This document shows positions 45,909 through 57,716 of a DNA stretch of 64,000 nt, piece after piece. Every line of letters begins with the position of its first letter. Within the stretch, counting starts at the first letter, position 1. The translations under genes were made by a program, and so were the position numbers. The notes beneath the pieces are model-generated. The model saw only the letters and a program-made list of their open reading frames with translations. It was not told where the DNA came from and ran no database searches. The stretch is from Diplonema japonicum (lineage: Eukaryota > Protista > Euglenozoa: Diplonemea): contig OZ025703.1 of NCBI GenBank assembly GCA_964019335.1, forward strand, positions 434,001-498,000. Reading direction: 5' to 3'.

Positions 45909-48900
45909 ATGGCGGAAGCTGAGCTGGAAGACCTGAAGAGAAAGCAGAAAATATGGCAAGATAAGGTAAAGGAAAAAGTAAGGCAGGTTGAACTCGAGAG
46001 AGACGAGTACAAGGATGAAGCACAGCGCCACGTGTCCGCCATAGATGCATACAAAGAAATGATAAAGAACTACCAGGATGACTTGCTGAACAAAGAAGAG
46101 AAGCAAGAGAAGGAAAAGGAGACGGAGAAGAAACTGAAACAGCTGGACACCGAGTACACCGAGAAGGTGGACTTCTACAAGGACTACGTTGCGAAGCTAG
46201 ACACGATGCTGCAGGAACGCAACTCCACTATCGATGCACTTAAAAGAGGCCTCTCCGACAATGCATTGGACGAAGAGCTCAGCCGCCACAAGCAAAGCAT
46301 CGATCTGTTTGACTTAGAACGCCGCGAGCACAAGATGACCATCGACAACCTCAATCTCCAGCTCGATAGGCTCCGGTGCGAAATCGGGGGTGGCGTCCCT
46401 CCACCAGAGACACAGGTCGACGAGCTCCTCTCCCAAAACCTCAAACTCAAACAAGAGCTCCAAGGCATGGAACGGCACATGCTCGAACAGCAGTCTCTCT
46501 ATCGCGAGCTTGGCATCAAGGAATGCCAGCTTACCGCCGCCTACGAGGAGTCTGTCAAAGAGAACAAAGAAAACGAAAAGCGCCTTGCGATGTGGAAGGA
46601 AAAGGCAAAGGAAAAACTGAACGAAAAGGACGAGGAGCTCGCGATGATCAAAGAGAAGTTCCACATATTCCAAACGCGCGCAAAGACGGCGCACGCTCAG
46701 GAACGGGAGGAAAAGGAAAAACTGGTTGCACAACTTCAGGCTCGTGAAGGATCCGACGCCGCCCCTGCAAGTGGCAGTGGCGACGAGCAGCTGCGCGCTG
46801 AGTGCGACGACCTGCACCTGAAGCTCTCAGAGATGGAAACCGAGCTGCGTGTGATGCGCAGCAACAACGAGGACCTGACCGACAGGTGCGCCGAGCTGCA
46901 GGAATCCACCACACAACTGACCAGCGCAATAGACCAAACTCAGGTGGAGAAGCAGTCTTTGCTCACTCAATTGGAAACCATGCAAAATGCAGCAGACGGC
47001 AACACCTCTTTGGAACAAGTCTTGATCGAGACCAGGCGTGAGCTAGAGGCTGCTAAGCGGGAATCGTCTGAAGCACATGCACAGGCTGAGGCAAGCGAGG
47101 CGAGTAAAGCAACTGCTGCACAGCAGCTTGAGGAATACAAGGACAAACAGAACCAATTTAAGGAGATGGTGAAGGGGAGATTGGATGAAAGCAAAGCAGA
47201 GGTCGCAGCACTTGAAGAGGAGCTCGTCGCGAAGAGAGCAGCTGAGGCTGAGCACAGCAGCAGTGCAGCAGCGCTTCGGGAGGAGCTGCAGAACAAGACA
47301 GCTGAGCTGGCGAACATTCAAGAGACATTACAAGCCACAGGAACTGGCATCCAACAGGAGCTAGCGACGGCTAGGGAGGAGACAGAAGCCGCGAAGCGTG
47401 AAGCGGTCGAAGTGAAAACACAGCTTGATGAGAGGGAGGCAGAAAAAGCTGCAGCAGAACAGCTATTAAAGGAAAGCAATGAAAAACAGGAGGTGGCAAT
47501 GGGGGAGATCAATGAGTGCAAAGAGAGGATCGCATCACTCGAAGACGAACTTGCATCGAAAGAGACAGCAGAAGGGGAGCTGACCAGCACTATCACCTCG
47601 CTTCGAGAAGAGCTGCAGAACAAGACAGCTGAGCTGTCCAACATCCAGGAAGCTCTTCAGGAGACAGGCAGCAACCTTCAGCAAGAGCTAGCAGTGACAA
47701 AGGAAGAATCCGAAGCTGCTAAGCGCGAGGTAGAAGCTTTAAGAGAAGAAGACATTAAGAAGGAAGCGGTGACAGAAGAGCTCAGAAGATCTGCCGCATC
47801 ACTACAAGAACAGCTGCAGAGCCAGGGAAAGACAGATAACGTGGCAATGGAAGAGCTTCGTGACGAGCTGCAGACCAGGACAACTGCACTTGAAAACACC
47901 CTGCAAGAACTTGCGGCAGCAAAGGAAGAAGCCGAAGAAGCGAAGCGTGAGACTGCAGTGGCACGGGATTGCCTTGAAAGTTATGAAGATAAGCAGAAGG
48001 AAGTGACAGGGGAGTTCGAAGAAAGCAAAGAGAAGATTGCATCACTCGAAGGTGAGCTTGAAGCGAAAACAGCCGGGGCGGAAGAGCTGACCGGCACCAT
48101 CACCTCTCTTCAGGAAGAACTTCAGAACAAGACAACCGAACTTGCGAACATCCAAGAGACTCTTCAAGAGACAGGCAGCAACCTTCAGCAAGAGCTTGCG
48201 GCAGCAAAGGAAGAATCTGAAGCAGCGAAGTGCAAGGTGGTTGAGGCACAGGAAGAGCTTGAATCGCTGAAGAAGCAGTGCGAGGAGAAGGAAGCAACCA
48301 ACGTGGCAACCGAGCAGAAGCTCAACGATTACAAGGAAAAACAGAACCAGTTCAAGGAGATGGTGAAGGAGAAGTTTGATACAAGCAAAGAGAAGATTGC
48401 ATCACTCAACAATGAACTTGAAGCGAAAACAACTGCGGCAGAAGAGCTGACTGGCACCATTACCTCTCTTCAGGAAGAACTTCAGAACAAGACAACCGAG
48501 CTTGCGAACATCCAAGAGACTCTTCAAGAGACCGGTAGCAACCTTCAACAAGAGCTTGCAGCAGCAAAGGAGGAATCTGAAACTACTAAGCGTGAAGTGA
48601 CTGAGGCACAAGTTGCTACCATGCAACATTTTGAGGAGTACAAGACTGAAATGCAAGGCGAGCTTGCGCGGAGCAAGGAAAATATTTCCTCACTTGAAGC
48701 CGAGTTGTCTACAGGCGAAGCCAAGAGAGAAGAGCTGACCGGCACTGTTGGATCGCTCCAAGAAGAGCTTCAAAAGAAAACAGCCGAGCTTGCGAACATC
48801 CAAGAGACACTTCAAGAGACCGGCAGCAACCTTCAGCAAGAGCTTGCAGCAACAAAGGAGGAATCTGAAGCAGCGAAACGTAAAGTGACTGAGGCACAAG

Positions 48901-51900
48901 AAGAGCTTGAATCGCTGAAGAAGCAGTGCGAGGAGAAGGAAGCAACCAACGTGGCAACCGAGCAGAAGCTTGACGAATACAAGGAAAAACAGAACCAGTT
49001 CAAGGAGATGGTGAAGGAGAAGTTTGATACAAGCAAAGAGAAGATTGCATCACTCAACAATGAACTTGAAGTGAAAACAAGTGCGGCAGAAGAGCTGACT
49101 GGCACCATCACCTCTCTTCAGGAAGAACTTCAGAACAAGACAATCGAACTTGCGAACATCCAAGAGACTCTTCAAGAGACCGGTAGCAACCTTCAACAAG
49201 AGCTTGCAGCAGCAAAGGAGGAATCTGAAGCAGCGAAACGCGAAACTGCCGAGGAACAGGAGAAGCTTGCTTCTCTTGAATCTAAAAATGAAATGAAAGA
49301 AGCACAACTTTTGGAGGCGCAGCAGAAGTTCAGGGAAAGTGAAGAGAGGGTTGCATCACTCGAAAGCGAGCTTGCATTGAAGGTGACAGCAGAAGAAGAA
49401 CTGAATGGAAACAATGCCTCACTTCAAGAAGAGCTTCAGAGTAAGGTAGCAGAGCTCGCGAATATCCAAGAGGCTCTTCAAGAGACTGGCAGCAACCTTC
49501 AGCAGGAGCTTGCAGCAGCAAAAGAAGAATCTGAATCCGCAAAACGTGAGGTTGCTGAGGTACGAGAAGAAAAGGAACAGCAGTTTGAAGAATTCAAGGT
49601 GAAAACAGCGTCACTCGAAAGTGAGCTTCAGGACAAAACAGCTGAGCTTCAGAGCCAAGAGACGGAGCTAACAAACATCCAAGAGACTCTTCAAGAGACA
49701 GGCAGCAACCTTCAGCAAGAGCTTGCGGCAGCAAAGGAAGAATCTGAAGCAGCGAAGTGCAAGGTGGTTGAGGCACAAGAAGAGCTTGAATCGCTGAAGA
49801 AGCAGTGCGAGGAGAAGGAAGCAACCAACGTGGCAACCGAGCAGAAGCTCAACGATTACAAGGAAAAACAGAACCAGTTCAAGGAGATGGTGAAGGAGAA
49901 GTTTGATACAAGCAAAGAGAAGATTGCATCACTCAACAATGAACTTGAAGCGAAAACAACTGCGGCAGAAGAGCTGACTGGCACCATTGCCTCTCTTCAG
50001 GAAGAACTTCAGAACAAGACAACCGAGCTTGCGAACATCCAAGAGACTCTTCAAGAGACCGGTAGCAACCTTCAGCAGGAGCTTGCAGCAGCAAAGGAGG
50101 AATCTGAAACCGCAAAACGCGAGCTTGCTGAGGTACAAGAACAACTGGAAGCACTAGAAGGCGAATGTGCGGAGAAGGAGCAGCAGTTTGAGGGATTCAA
50201 GGAAAAAGCAGTGTTGCTCGAGGGTGAGATCGCTGCTCGAGACTCGGAACTAAAAAGCGCAGAAACCATCCAAGAGGCTCTTCAGCAAGAGCTTGCAGCA
50301 GCAAAGGAGGAATTCGAAGAGGCGAAGCGTGAGGCTGCAGTGGCGCGGGATAGCCTTGAAAGTTATGAAGATAAGCAGAACCAGTACAGCGAGGATGTGA
50401 AACGGGAGTTCGAAGAAAGCAAAGAGAAGATTGCATCACTCGAAGGTGAACTTGAAGCGAAAACAACTGCTGCAGAAGAGCTGACCGGCACCATTACCTC
50501 TCTTCAGGAAGAGCTTCAGAACAAATCAGCCGAGCTTGCGAACATCCAAGAGACACTTCAAGAGACTGGTAGCAACCTTCAGCAAGAGCTTGCGGCAACA
50601 AAGGAGGAATCTGAAGCAGCGAAGTGCAAGGTGGTTGAGGCACAGGAAGAGCTTGAATCGCTGAAGAAGCAGTGCGAGGAGAAGGAAGCAACCAACGTGG
50701 CAACCGAGCAGAAGCTTGACGAATACAAGGAAAAACAGAACCAGTTCAAGGAGATGGTGAAGGAGAAGTTTGATAAGAGCAAAGAGAAGATTGCATCACT
50801 CAACAATGAACTTGAAGTGAAAACAAGTGCGGCAGAAGAGCTGACTGGTACCATTACCTCTCTTCAGGAAGAACTTCAGAACAAGACAACCGAACTTGCG
50901 AACATCCAAGAGACTCTTCAAGAGACCGGTAGCAACCTTCAACAAGAGCTTGCAGCAGCAAAGGAGGAATCTGAAGCAGCGAAACGCGAAACTGCCGAGG
51001 AACAGGAGAAGCTTGCTTCCCTTGAATCTGAAAATGAAATGAAAAAAGCACAACTTTTGGAGGCGCAGCAGAAGTTCAAGGAAAGTGAAGAGAGGGTTGC
51101 ATCACTCGAAAGCGAGCTTGCATTGAAGGTGACAGCAGAAGAAGAACTGAACGGAAACAATGCCTCACTTCAAGAAGAGCTTCAGAGTAAGGTAGCAGAG
51201 CTCGCGAATATCCAAGAGGCTCTTCAAGAGACTGGCAGCAACCTTCAGCAGGAGCTTGCAGCAGCAAAAGAAGAATCTGAATCCGCAAAGCGTGAAGTGA
51301 CTGAGGTGCAAGAGCAGCTTGCGGTATTGAAGAACGAGTGTGAAGAGAAAGAGACCACTCGAGTTGCTGCTGAGCAGCAACTTGAATCTAACAGAGAGAA
51401 GTTCACCCAGTTCAAGGAGATGGCAAAGGGGAAGCTTGATGAATACAAAGAGAAAATCGCAACACTTGAAGGCGAACTTGCGTCGAAGGTGACAGCGGAA
51501 GGGGAGCTGAACAGCACCATTGTGTCGTTGCGAGAAGAACTTAGTGACAGGACAAGTGAACTAGCAGCCATCCAGGAGACTGGTAGCAACCTTCAGCAGG
51601 AGCTTGCGGCAGCAAAGGAAGAATCTGAAACTGCAAAGAGTGAGGTGACCAGGCTGAGCACTGCATACGGGGAAAAGGAAGCGAGCAGCATTGCTGTTGA
51701 AGAAGCATACAATGAGAAGCAGAACACACTCAAAGAGAAAATGAGGGGGAAGTTTGAAGAATACAAAGAGAAGATCGCATCATGCGAAGGCGAACTTGAG
51801 TCAAGCATGGCGACTTGCAGCAGCCTTCAGCAAGAACTTGCAGCAGCAAAAGAAGAATCCGAAGCTGCTCAGCGTGAACTTGAGGCACTCAAGGTTTCTT

Positions 51901-54486
51901 TTGATCAACAAACAGCACTGGGTGAGGAGTACAAAGAGAAGGAGCAACAGCTTGAGGCTGTCAGTGCTAAAGTTGCATCGCTTGAGGAGGAGCTCGCACT
52001 GAAAACAGAGGCAGAAGCCTCAGTAAATGAAGAGCTGGCAACAACAACAGTTGCACGTGAAGAGTTGACCAACGCAATTGTTGCCCTGAAAGACGAGCTT
52101 GCCACCGCACAGAAGCGCCTCGAAGAGACGGAAAGCCTTCATGAGAATCTTGCAGCAACTAAAGAGGAGCTGACTGCAAAGGAAGAGGAGTTGAACAGCA
52201 CCGTAGCGTTGCTAAAAGAGGAGCTGCAAGGCAAGACAGCTGAATTAGCAACCGTCCAAGAGACTCTTCAAGAGACCGGCAGTGACCTTCAGCAAGAGCT
52301 TGCAGCAGCGAAGGAAGAATCTGAAGCAGCGAAGTGTGAAGCGCAGCGGTTAGCAGCTGAAAGTGACGAGTTAAAAGCGAAGCAGGCAAAGTGGAAGGAG
52401 GTAGCTAAGGCCAAAATGGAACAAGAAGGAGAGAAGGTGCGGAATCTCGAAGGGGTCGTAGCGGAAAAGGAGCACGAACTCCAAGAACTGAAGGAGCAGG
52501 CAAAGCGGTTAAGTGAAGCAGTGGAACAAGCACGAGTACAACTTCAAGGTGCTGAGGCAAGTTTAGAAGCTGAGAGGAGCGAGAAATGCCGACTCAGCGA
52601 AGTGTTGCAGACTAGGGAAGATAGCATGGCAGCACTAGAGACGGCACGTGAGACAGCAAGCAAGGAGGCCGAAGAGGAACTAAAAAAGCTTGAGAACCTC
52701 CTTGAAGAAGCAAAGGGTAGAGACAGCGATCTGCAAGCAGCGGGATTGGAAAAAGAGAACTTGATACATAGCCTCGAAGCCGCGCAGAAAGAGTCGCAGC
52801 AGCTGAAGCAAGACTTGGTCGAAGTGACAGCTAAGAAAGATGAAGAACTGGCAGAATTCAAGACAAAGGTGAAAGAAAAGATCGATCAAAAGAAAGCAGA
52901 GGTGGAGGAGGAGAAACAGGCCATTCGGGACCAAGAGCAGAAGAGGATCGAGAACTTCAAGGTGAAGGCAAGATCAGTAAAAGAGGCGGACATGGTATGC
53001 AAGAAGACGTAGCAAGAACCGGCCACAGGAAATCATCAAGAACCTGCGCACCGAGATGATGACACTGAAGGACCAGTCTTCAGGGGCCACCGTTGAAGTA
53101 GCCGAGCTGCAGTCCAAATTGGAAGAAGTGTGTCTTTAAAGTATCACAATGCACCACACTACAGGCGACATTGAAGGTCGTAGAATTGGAAAATGCTCTC
53201 AAGCAGGCAAAAGCCACAGCTGAGGAGGAGGCCAGCAATATGAAATCCTCCAGCGACGAACAGCTGCAGAACACAATACAAAAGGCGAAGAGCAAAATCC
53301 GAGAGGTATGCACCTGTGCCGCACCAACCTATCTCCCACAGTACAAAGATGCATCGGAGATGCAGGCTGTGAGGGTTGCCGAGTGCGAGGAAGAGCTTGC
53401 TTCGAAACAAAACGAATTGTTCGGTCTGCAAGAACAGCTAGCTGCTGGTAACACCAAAATTTCAGAGCTGCAGGAAGAGGTACACCACCGCACCCACCAC
53501 ACACAACCAAAGGTCGACAAGAACACGGAGACAGCGCAGGAGGGCAACACGAAGTGTGTCAAACTTCTTGCCACAGTTGAAGATCTGCGCGAGGCCGCAA
53601 GGGGCTCCGAAGAGCAGCTGAATGAGGCCCAAGCGGCCCTCGCCACCGCCAAGGCTGAGTTGGCTGATATGCCTGTTCTGCAGACAACTGTCGAGGAGCT
53701 GAGGCTTCAGCTTAGCAATGCTGCAGTATGAATGCAACACAAATACCTACATCTGCACAGGAGCAACAAGAAGCAAGCTTGGCACAAGTTGCGGAAGCCT
53801 CTGAGAGGAAAAGGGAACTGGTATGCGAGAAAGCAAACCGCAGCCACACGTAGGAAGCATCTTACGGTGACTCCACGGCGACTATCGAAAACCTGAAAGC
53901 AGAGATTGCCACCGCTGGTGAGCGGGAGGTGGCCATCGCTGATGAACTCACGAAGATCAAAGATGAGCTCGCAGCAGTTGAGGAGGCAAAAGCCGTCCTT
54001 GAGGAAGCCAAGACACAGATGGATAAGGAGAAAAACGAAGCAGCAGAAGGCGATCCACAGAAGGCACAGACAGAAATCAAGAAACTCACAGATCACAATA
54101 CATACTTGAAGCAGCAGGTTCAGACACAGCAGGCAGAGCTAGAGAGGAAGAAGAAACATGGTGACAGATACTCGTTCCTGAAGGATGAAAATTTGGACTA
54201 CCTGAAGAACCTTGTGCTGCAGGTATGCATTTGTTCATGTTAACCATGGTTAGGTCGTTCTTGAGAAGCGCCCGCAAGTTAAGGAGCGCATGCTGCCTGT
54301 GCTTGATGAAATCCTAGAGCTTACGTATGCACATTTTTTTCTTTTGAAGGAGGCCGTGATTTGTTGCTCCTGCATCCTTCCATGTCCTTTGCAAGATTAT
54401 GGCATCAAACAATACACAGGGACTCCGAACGAGCTACTTTGAAGATCGAGTTCCCAGGTCTGAAGTTTAAACTCAGAAAAGCTTAG
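45909..54486 (+). CDS. Giant coiled-coil GRIP-domain golgin, 9 exons
   Basis: Spliced C-terminus NLDYLKNLVLQVVLEKRPQVKERMLPVLDEILELTDSE is a GRIP domain. Introns: 52995-53028, 53128-53164, 53306-53341, 53480-53512, 53726-53760, 53821-53853, 54223-54253, 54325-54419. Confidence 0.88.
47280..52340 (+). repeat. Intragenic coding repeats in the golgin
   Basis: At least 13 copies of a (ELANIQETL)QETGSNLQQELAAAKEESE-type unit; near-identical DNA blocks at offsets 1527 and 1746 bp. Confidence 0.9.
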
Positions 54487-54655
54487 AACAAAACAAAACT
54501 TTTTTTTCCATTTCCCGTGTACTCTCACTAACCTCACGTCTTTCCTTTGTACAACCTTAGTGTGCTTTTTTTCCTTTCTTCCCCCTTTCTTCTTTCTCAT
54601 TTTCTTTTTTTTTGAATCCAGAACACTCACTTTGACCAAGCGAGTTGTCAGGGAT

Positions 54656-55213
54656 ATGTTTAGGGCGGCGACGTTCGTGGTAGTGGTGACGGTGCTCGCA
54701 GTTGAGGGCCTTCCACCACCACCACTACCCGTCCTGTGCGATGAGCGAGCTGCTAGCCCCAAAGATGTGTGCGTGGAGAGCGCGACGTTGAATCTAAAGA
54801 CGATGAAGTGTGTGTGCACTAAGGAAGGTTACGGTTGTGATACAAACCCAAGCTCACAGCTTGCAGGGACGTGTAGAAAGCTTAAAGGTTTGCTTTTCGT
54901 GCCCAATACCAACCCCCACACAGTCTCGTCCTCTTCCTCTGGCCCCTCGGGCGTAGAAATCTTGATGTTCGGCGCCATAATACTCTTCACGCTTTTCTGC
55001 CTTGGCAATATGGTCTTCTTCAATAAAAACAAACGGCTCCCTTATTGGGTGAACAACGCGTGCTGTACTTGCCCCCCAGTGGCGTCTTGCGACGAGCAAA
55101 AGAAAAAGACAACAATAGGTATCAACCACACAACGCGCAACACAACCGCAGATCGGAAAAACCCCATCGACGCACTTAGTAGAAGAGGTCCTGGGGCTGT
55201 CTCCATTCAGTAA
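54656..55213 (+). CDS. Small type I membrane protein with Cys-rich (EGF-like) ectodomain
   Basis: Signal peptide, 6-Cys module, TM ILMFGAIILFTLFCLG; possible in-frame intron 55119-55151. Confidence 0.7.
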   Translation: MFRAATFVVVVTVLAVEGLPPPPLPVLCDERAASPKDVCVESATLNLKTMKCVCTKEGYGCDTNPSSQLAGTCRKLKGLLFVPNTNPHTVSSSSSGPSGVEILMFGAIILFTLFCLGNMVFFNKNKRLPYWVNNACCTCPPVASCDEQKKKTTIGINHTTRNTTADRKNPIDALSRRGPGAVSIQ

Positions 55214-55428
55214 TTGTGTATATTTAGTGTTGCTTTTGTTAGAGCAGGATACACTTGCCTGTTGGTGACAGGAGAGGTGAACAAGTCTGCGCCTGCACAA
55301 TTTCGTTCCTCGGCCGCTTCGTGGGGGATGATCCTTGTGCCTCCTCCTCCTCGGTGATGATGAGGTCGGTGGTGTTTTTTTTTTTTTTTTTTGTGAACAA
55401 GAATAAAAAGGAGTGGTAGGGGTGGAAG

Positions 55429-56098
55429 ATGGCAATGGACAGAATCGAGGCAGAGGTGGAGTCGTCGAAGCTGACGATCGGGACCATGCTGCAGGTGCCA
55501 CCTTCCGAGTTTTACGCAGAGGTGAAAATGACAAAAGGTAAAGATGGGTTTGGGTTCGGGTTCACGGACTCCTTGGTGGTGAATGTATGCATACTACAAT
55601 ACTCAAAAACACCTTGCAGACCGTAACGCCGAACGGCGCGGCTCAGAAAGGCGGCCTCGATCACTATTTGGGGTGGGCCATCACTCATGTGAACAACATC
55701 CGGGTAGCAACGAAAGAAGAATTTAGTGCCAACATGGGGAAGGCTGAGGTGCGGCTACGCCTTGAGAACGCGAAAGAGTTCCACATGGACCCTACCGAGT
55801 CCCCCGAAGAGCAGGTTAAGCGGCTACTAGCAAAGTTGGTAAACACCAAGCGCGACCACAGCGCACAAATAGAATTCCTTCTTCATTGGTTGGACAAGTA
55901 TAACGTATGACGCTTAAGACACCCTCACACACCCTGCAGAGTATAGAGGAAGAGCTTGAGAAGAGACTCGAGGAGCTAAAGCGGGAGACGAAGGACCAGA
56001 AACAGGAGCACTCGCAGTTGAAGAAAGTGAAGAAACAAACGGAGTCCTCGCGAGTTGGTACCCTTGCTAACTTTGTGAATTTCAGTTCGGGTGAGTGA
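55429..56098 (+). CDS. Small PDZ + coiled-coil protein
   Basis: KGKDGFGFGFTDSLVVNTVTPNGAAQKGGL...ITHVNN after removing introns 55585-55619 and 55905-55939. Confidence 0.75.
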
Positions 56099-56162
56099 TC
56101 CCCTTTCTGCCCTGATTGGTTTTATTGATTCGCAAGCAACCCAACTTTACACCGCACAGCAA

Positions 56163-56738
56163 ATGGAGAATGGTGAGTTCAGCAGCAGTAAAAAGTTAGA
56201 GGAAGTAAAATGTCTGTACAAGTCGAAGCTGCCTGCGCTCAGCAAGGAGGAGGGCATCGGGGATACCATGAGCGTGGGGACGGCGACGAGCAACGCCAGC
56301 TTCTTAGGTGGAAAGCGATGGTGCTATAGCGAGTTGGCGCATCAGGACACGAACTCGAACCTACTTCGCAAGAACTGGATGGATAAGCAGCAGCAAAGCA
56401 AAGCTGAGATCGATGTGAAAGAAAGGAAGAAGAACCTTTTGCACAAACACCGCCTCAGCACCGTGCCTTCAAAGAACCAAGTGACGGCAGAGGACCTCTT
56501 GAGGGAGATCCAGAAGTGGACAAGGAAGTTAGAAAACTGCAAGACGGAGCTAGACCACCGTAGGCGAGAATATTACCATGTTCTGCTGGGTGGCGACCCC
56601 CTCGACTCCTCCCACGAGGAGGAGTTCGACTCCGACGTTGAGCATGACTACAGTGATCAGCATAGGCTATTCATCGAGGACGGTGTCACTGCAGACTGCA
56701 ACACTGATTTCGAGCCTTCAGTGCCTGCTATTGACTGA
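56163..56738 (+). CDS. Hypothetical coiled-coil protein
   Basis: Open frame with coding-like composition; start uncertain. Confidence 0.55.
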   Translation: MENGEFSSSKKLEEVKCLYKSKLPALSKEEGIGDTMSVGTATSNASFLGGKRWCYSELAHQDTNSNLLRKNWMDKQQQSKAEIDVKERKKNLLHKHRLSTVPSKNQVTAEDLLREIQKWTRKLENCKTELDHRRREYYHVLLGGDPLDSSHEEEFDSDVEHDYSDQHRLFIEDGVTADCNTDFEPSVPAID

Positions 56739-57050
56739 CGCTCGCTACGTCACTGTTCCCGCCTTCAGCCGCCTTAGTATTTCAGAAGACAAGGTTAGTT
56801 TTTCTGTGTAGTAAAATTCTCATGTGCTTCGGTCAGTGCCTTGTCTTCTGAAAGGTGATGGGATACCCAAAGCCCCTCCAGTGACCTTGCTTTTTAATTT
56901 CTATAGTCTCCAATTTTCCCAGCGAGGCCCCCGTCGTGACTCAGTAAGGAGGGGTGGTGTTTTATTATGCTGGATAAAGGGGTGAGGGATTGGAGGGCAC
57001 CTGCGGGGTGCAGGTGGCGGCGGTGGCTGTTCAGCTCATCGATTACTGGG

Positions 57051-57623
57051 ATGACAGTCAAGGTGGTGCCGTGTACCAGCGCTAGCGAGGAGATTTTATC
57101 GTGTAGCAGCAGAAAACCACGTAAGAGGTTAGTGCCATCAGCACCGAAGAAGAGCACATTAACTCTTCCCCGAGATGTCTTTGCTGTCATCTTTTCATGC
57201 CTCACTGTCCGAGAGCTAGGTTTGTGCTCTTGTGTATGCAGTTCGTGGTCCGCCCTGTCCAGCTCAGACGATGTGTGGTTGCCTTATGCCTCGGACACCA
57301 CCTTGCTGCAATCCTTGCAGTACCTCCCACCTTCGTCTCTCCCCTCGGGACAAAAACAACGTTTTAAAACCCTGTTGGCCCAGTACGAGATGCTGGTAGG
57401 CACCAAATACAACGAGAAGGTGAAGAAGCCAAGGTGGAACCTGCACTCGAGCAGGCTTGCCCACCGCAGGATTAAAACGGCACAGCGTTATATTGCGAAA
57501 TACAAAGAAGAGACTTCCAAGATGCAAGAAAAGGCGAGGAATGTGCAGCAGTCCTTGCAGGAGTCCAATGACCTTGCCCTGTGGTTTGCCGACAGGCCAT
57601 TCCCCAAGTTTGCTGGCGACTAG
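57051..57623 (+). CDS. F-box protein
   Basis: LPRDVFAVIFSCLTVRELGLCSCVCSSWSALSSSDDVW. Confidence 0.85.
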   Translation: MTVKVVPCTSASEEILSCSSRKPRKRLVPSAPKKSTLTLPRDVFAVIFSCLTVRELGLCSCVCSSWSALSSSDDVWLPYASDTTLLQSLQYLPPSSLPSGQKQRFKTLLAQYEMLVGTKYNEKVKKPRWNLHSSRLAHRRIKTAQRYIAKYKEETSKMQEKARNVQQSLQESNDLALWFADRPFPKFAGD

Positions 57624-57716
57624 CGACACAACACGACCACTCTTTTCTAAGAGTGCAGCCCTTTGCTTTACTTCTTCTTTTTGTTTTTTTCAACGTTACA
57701 ATTCAAGCAGCTGGGA

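Noticed and set aside
47280-52340. Regularly recurring DNA repeat with variable spacers (CRISPR-like appearance)
   Set aside because: The repeats are in-frame coding units of a coiled-coil protein, with spacers hundreds of bp long and no cas genes.
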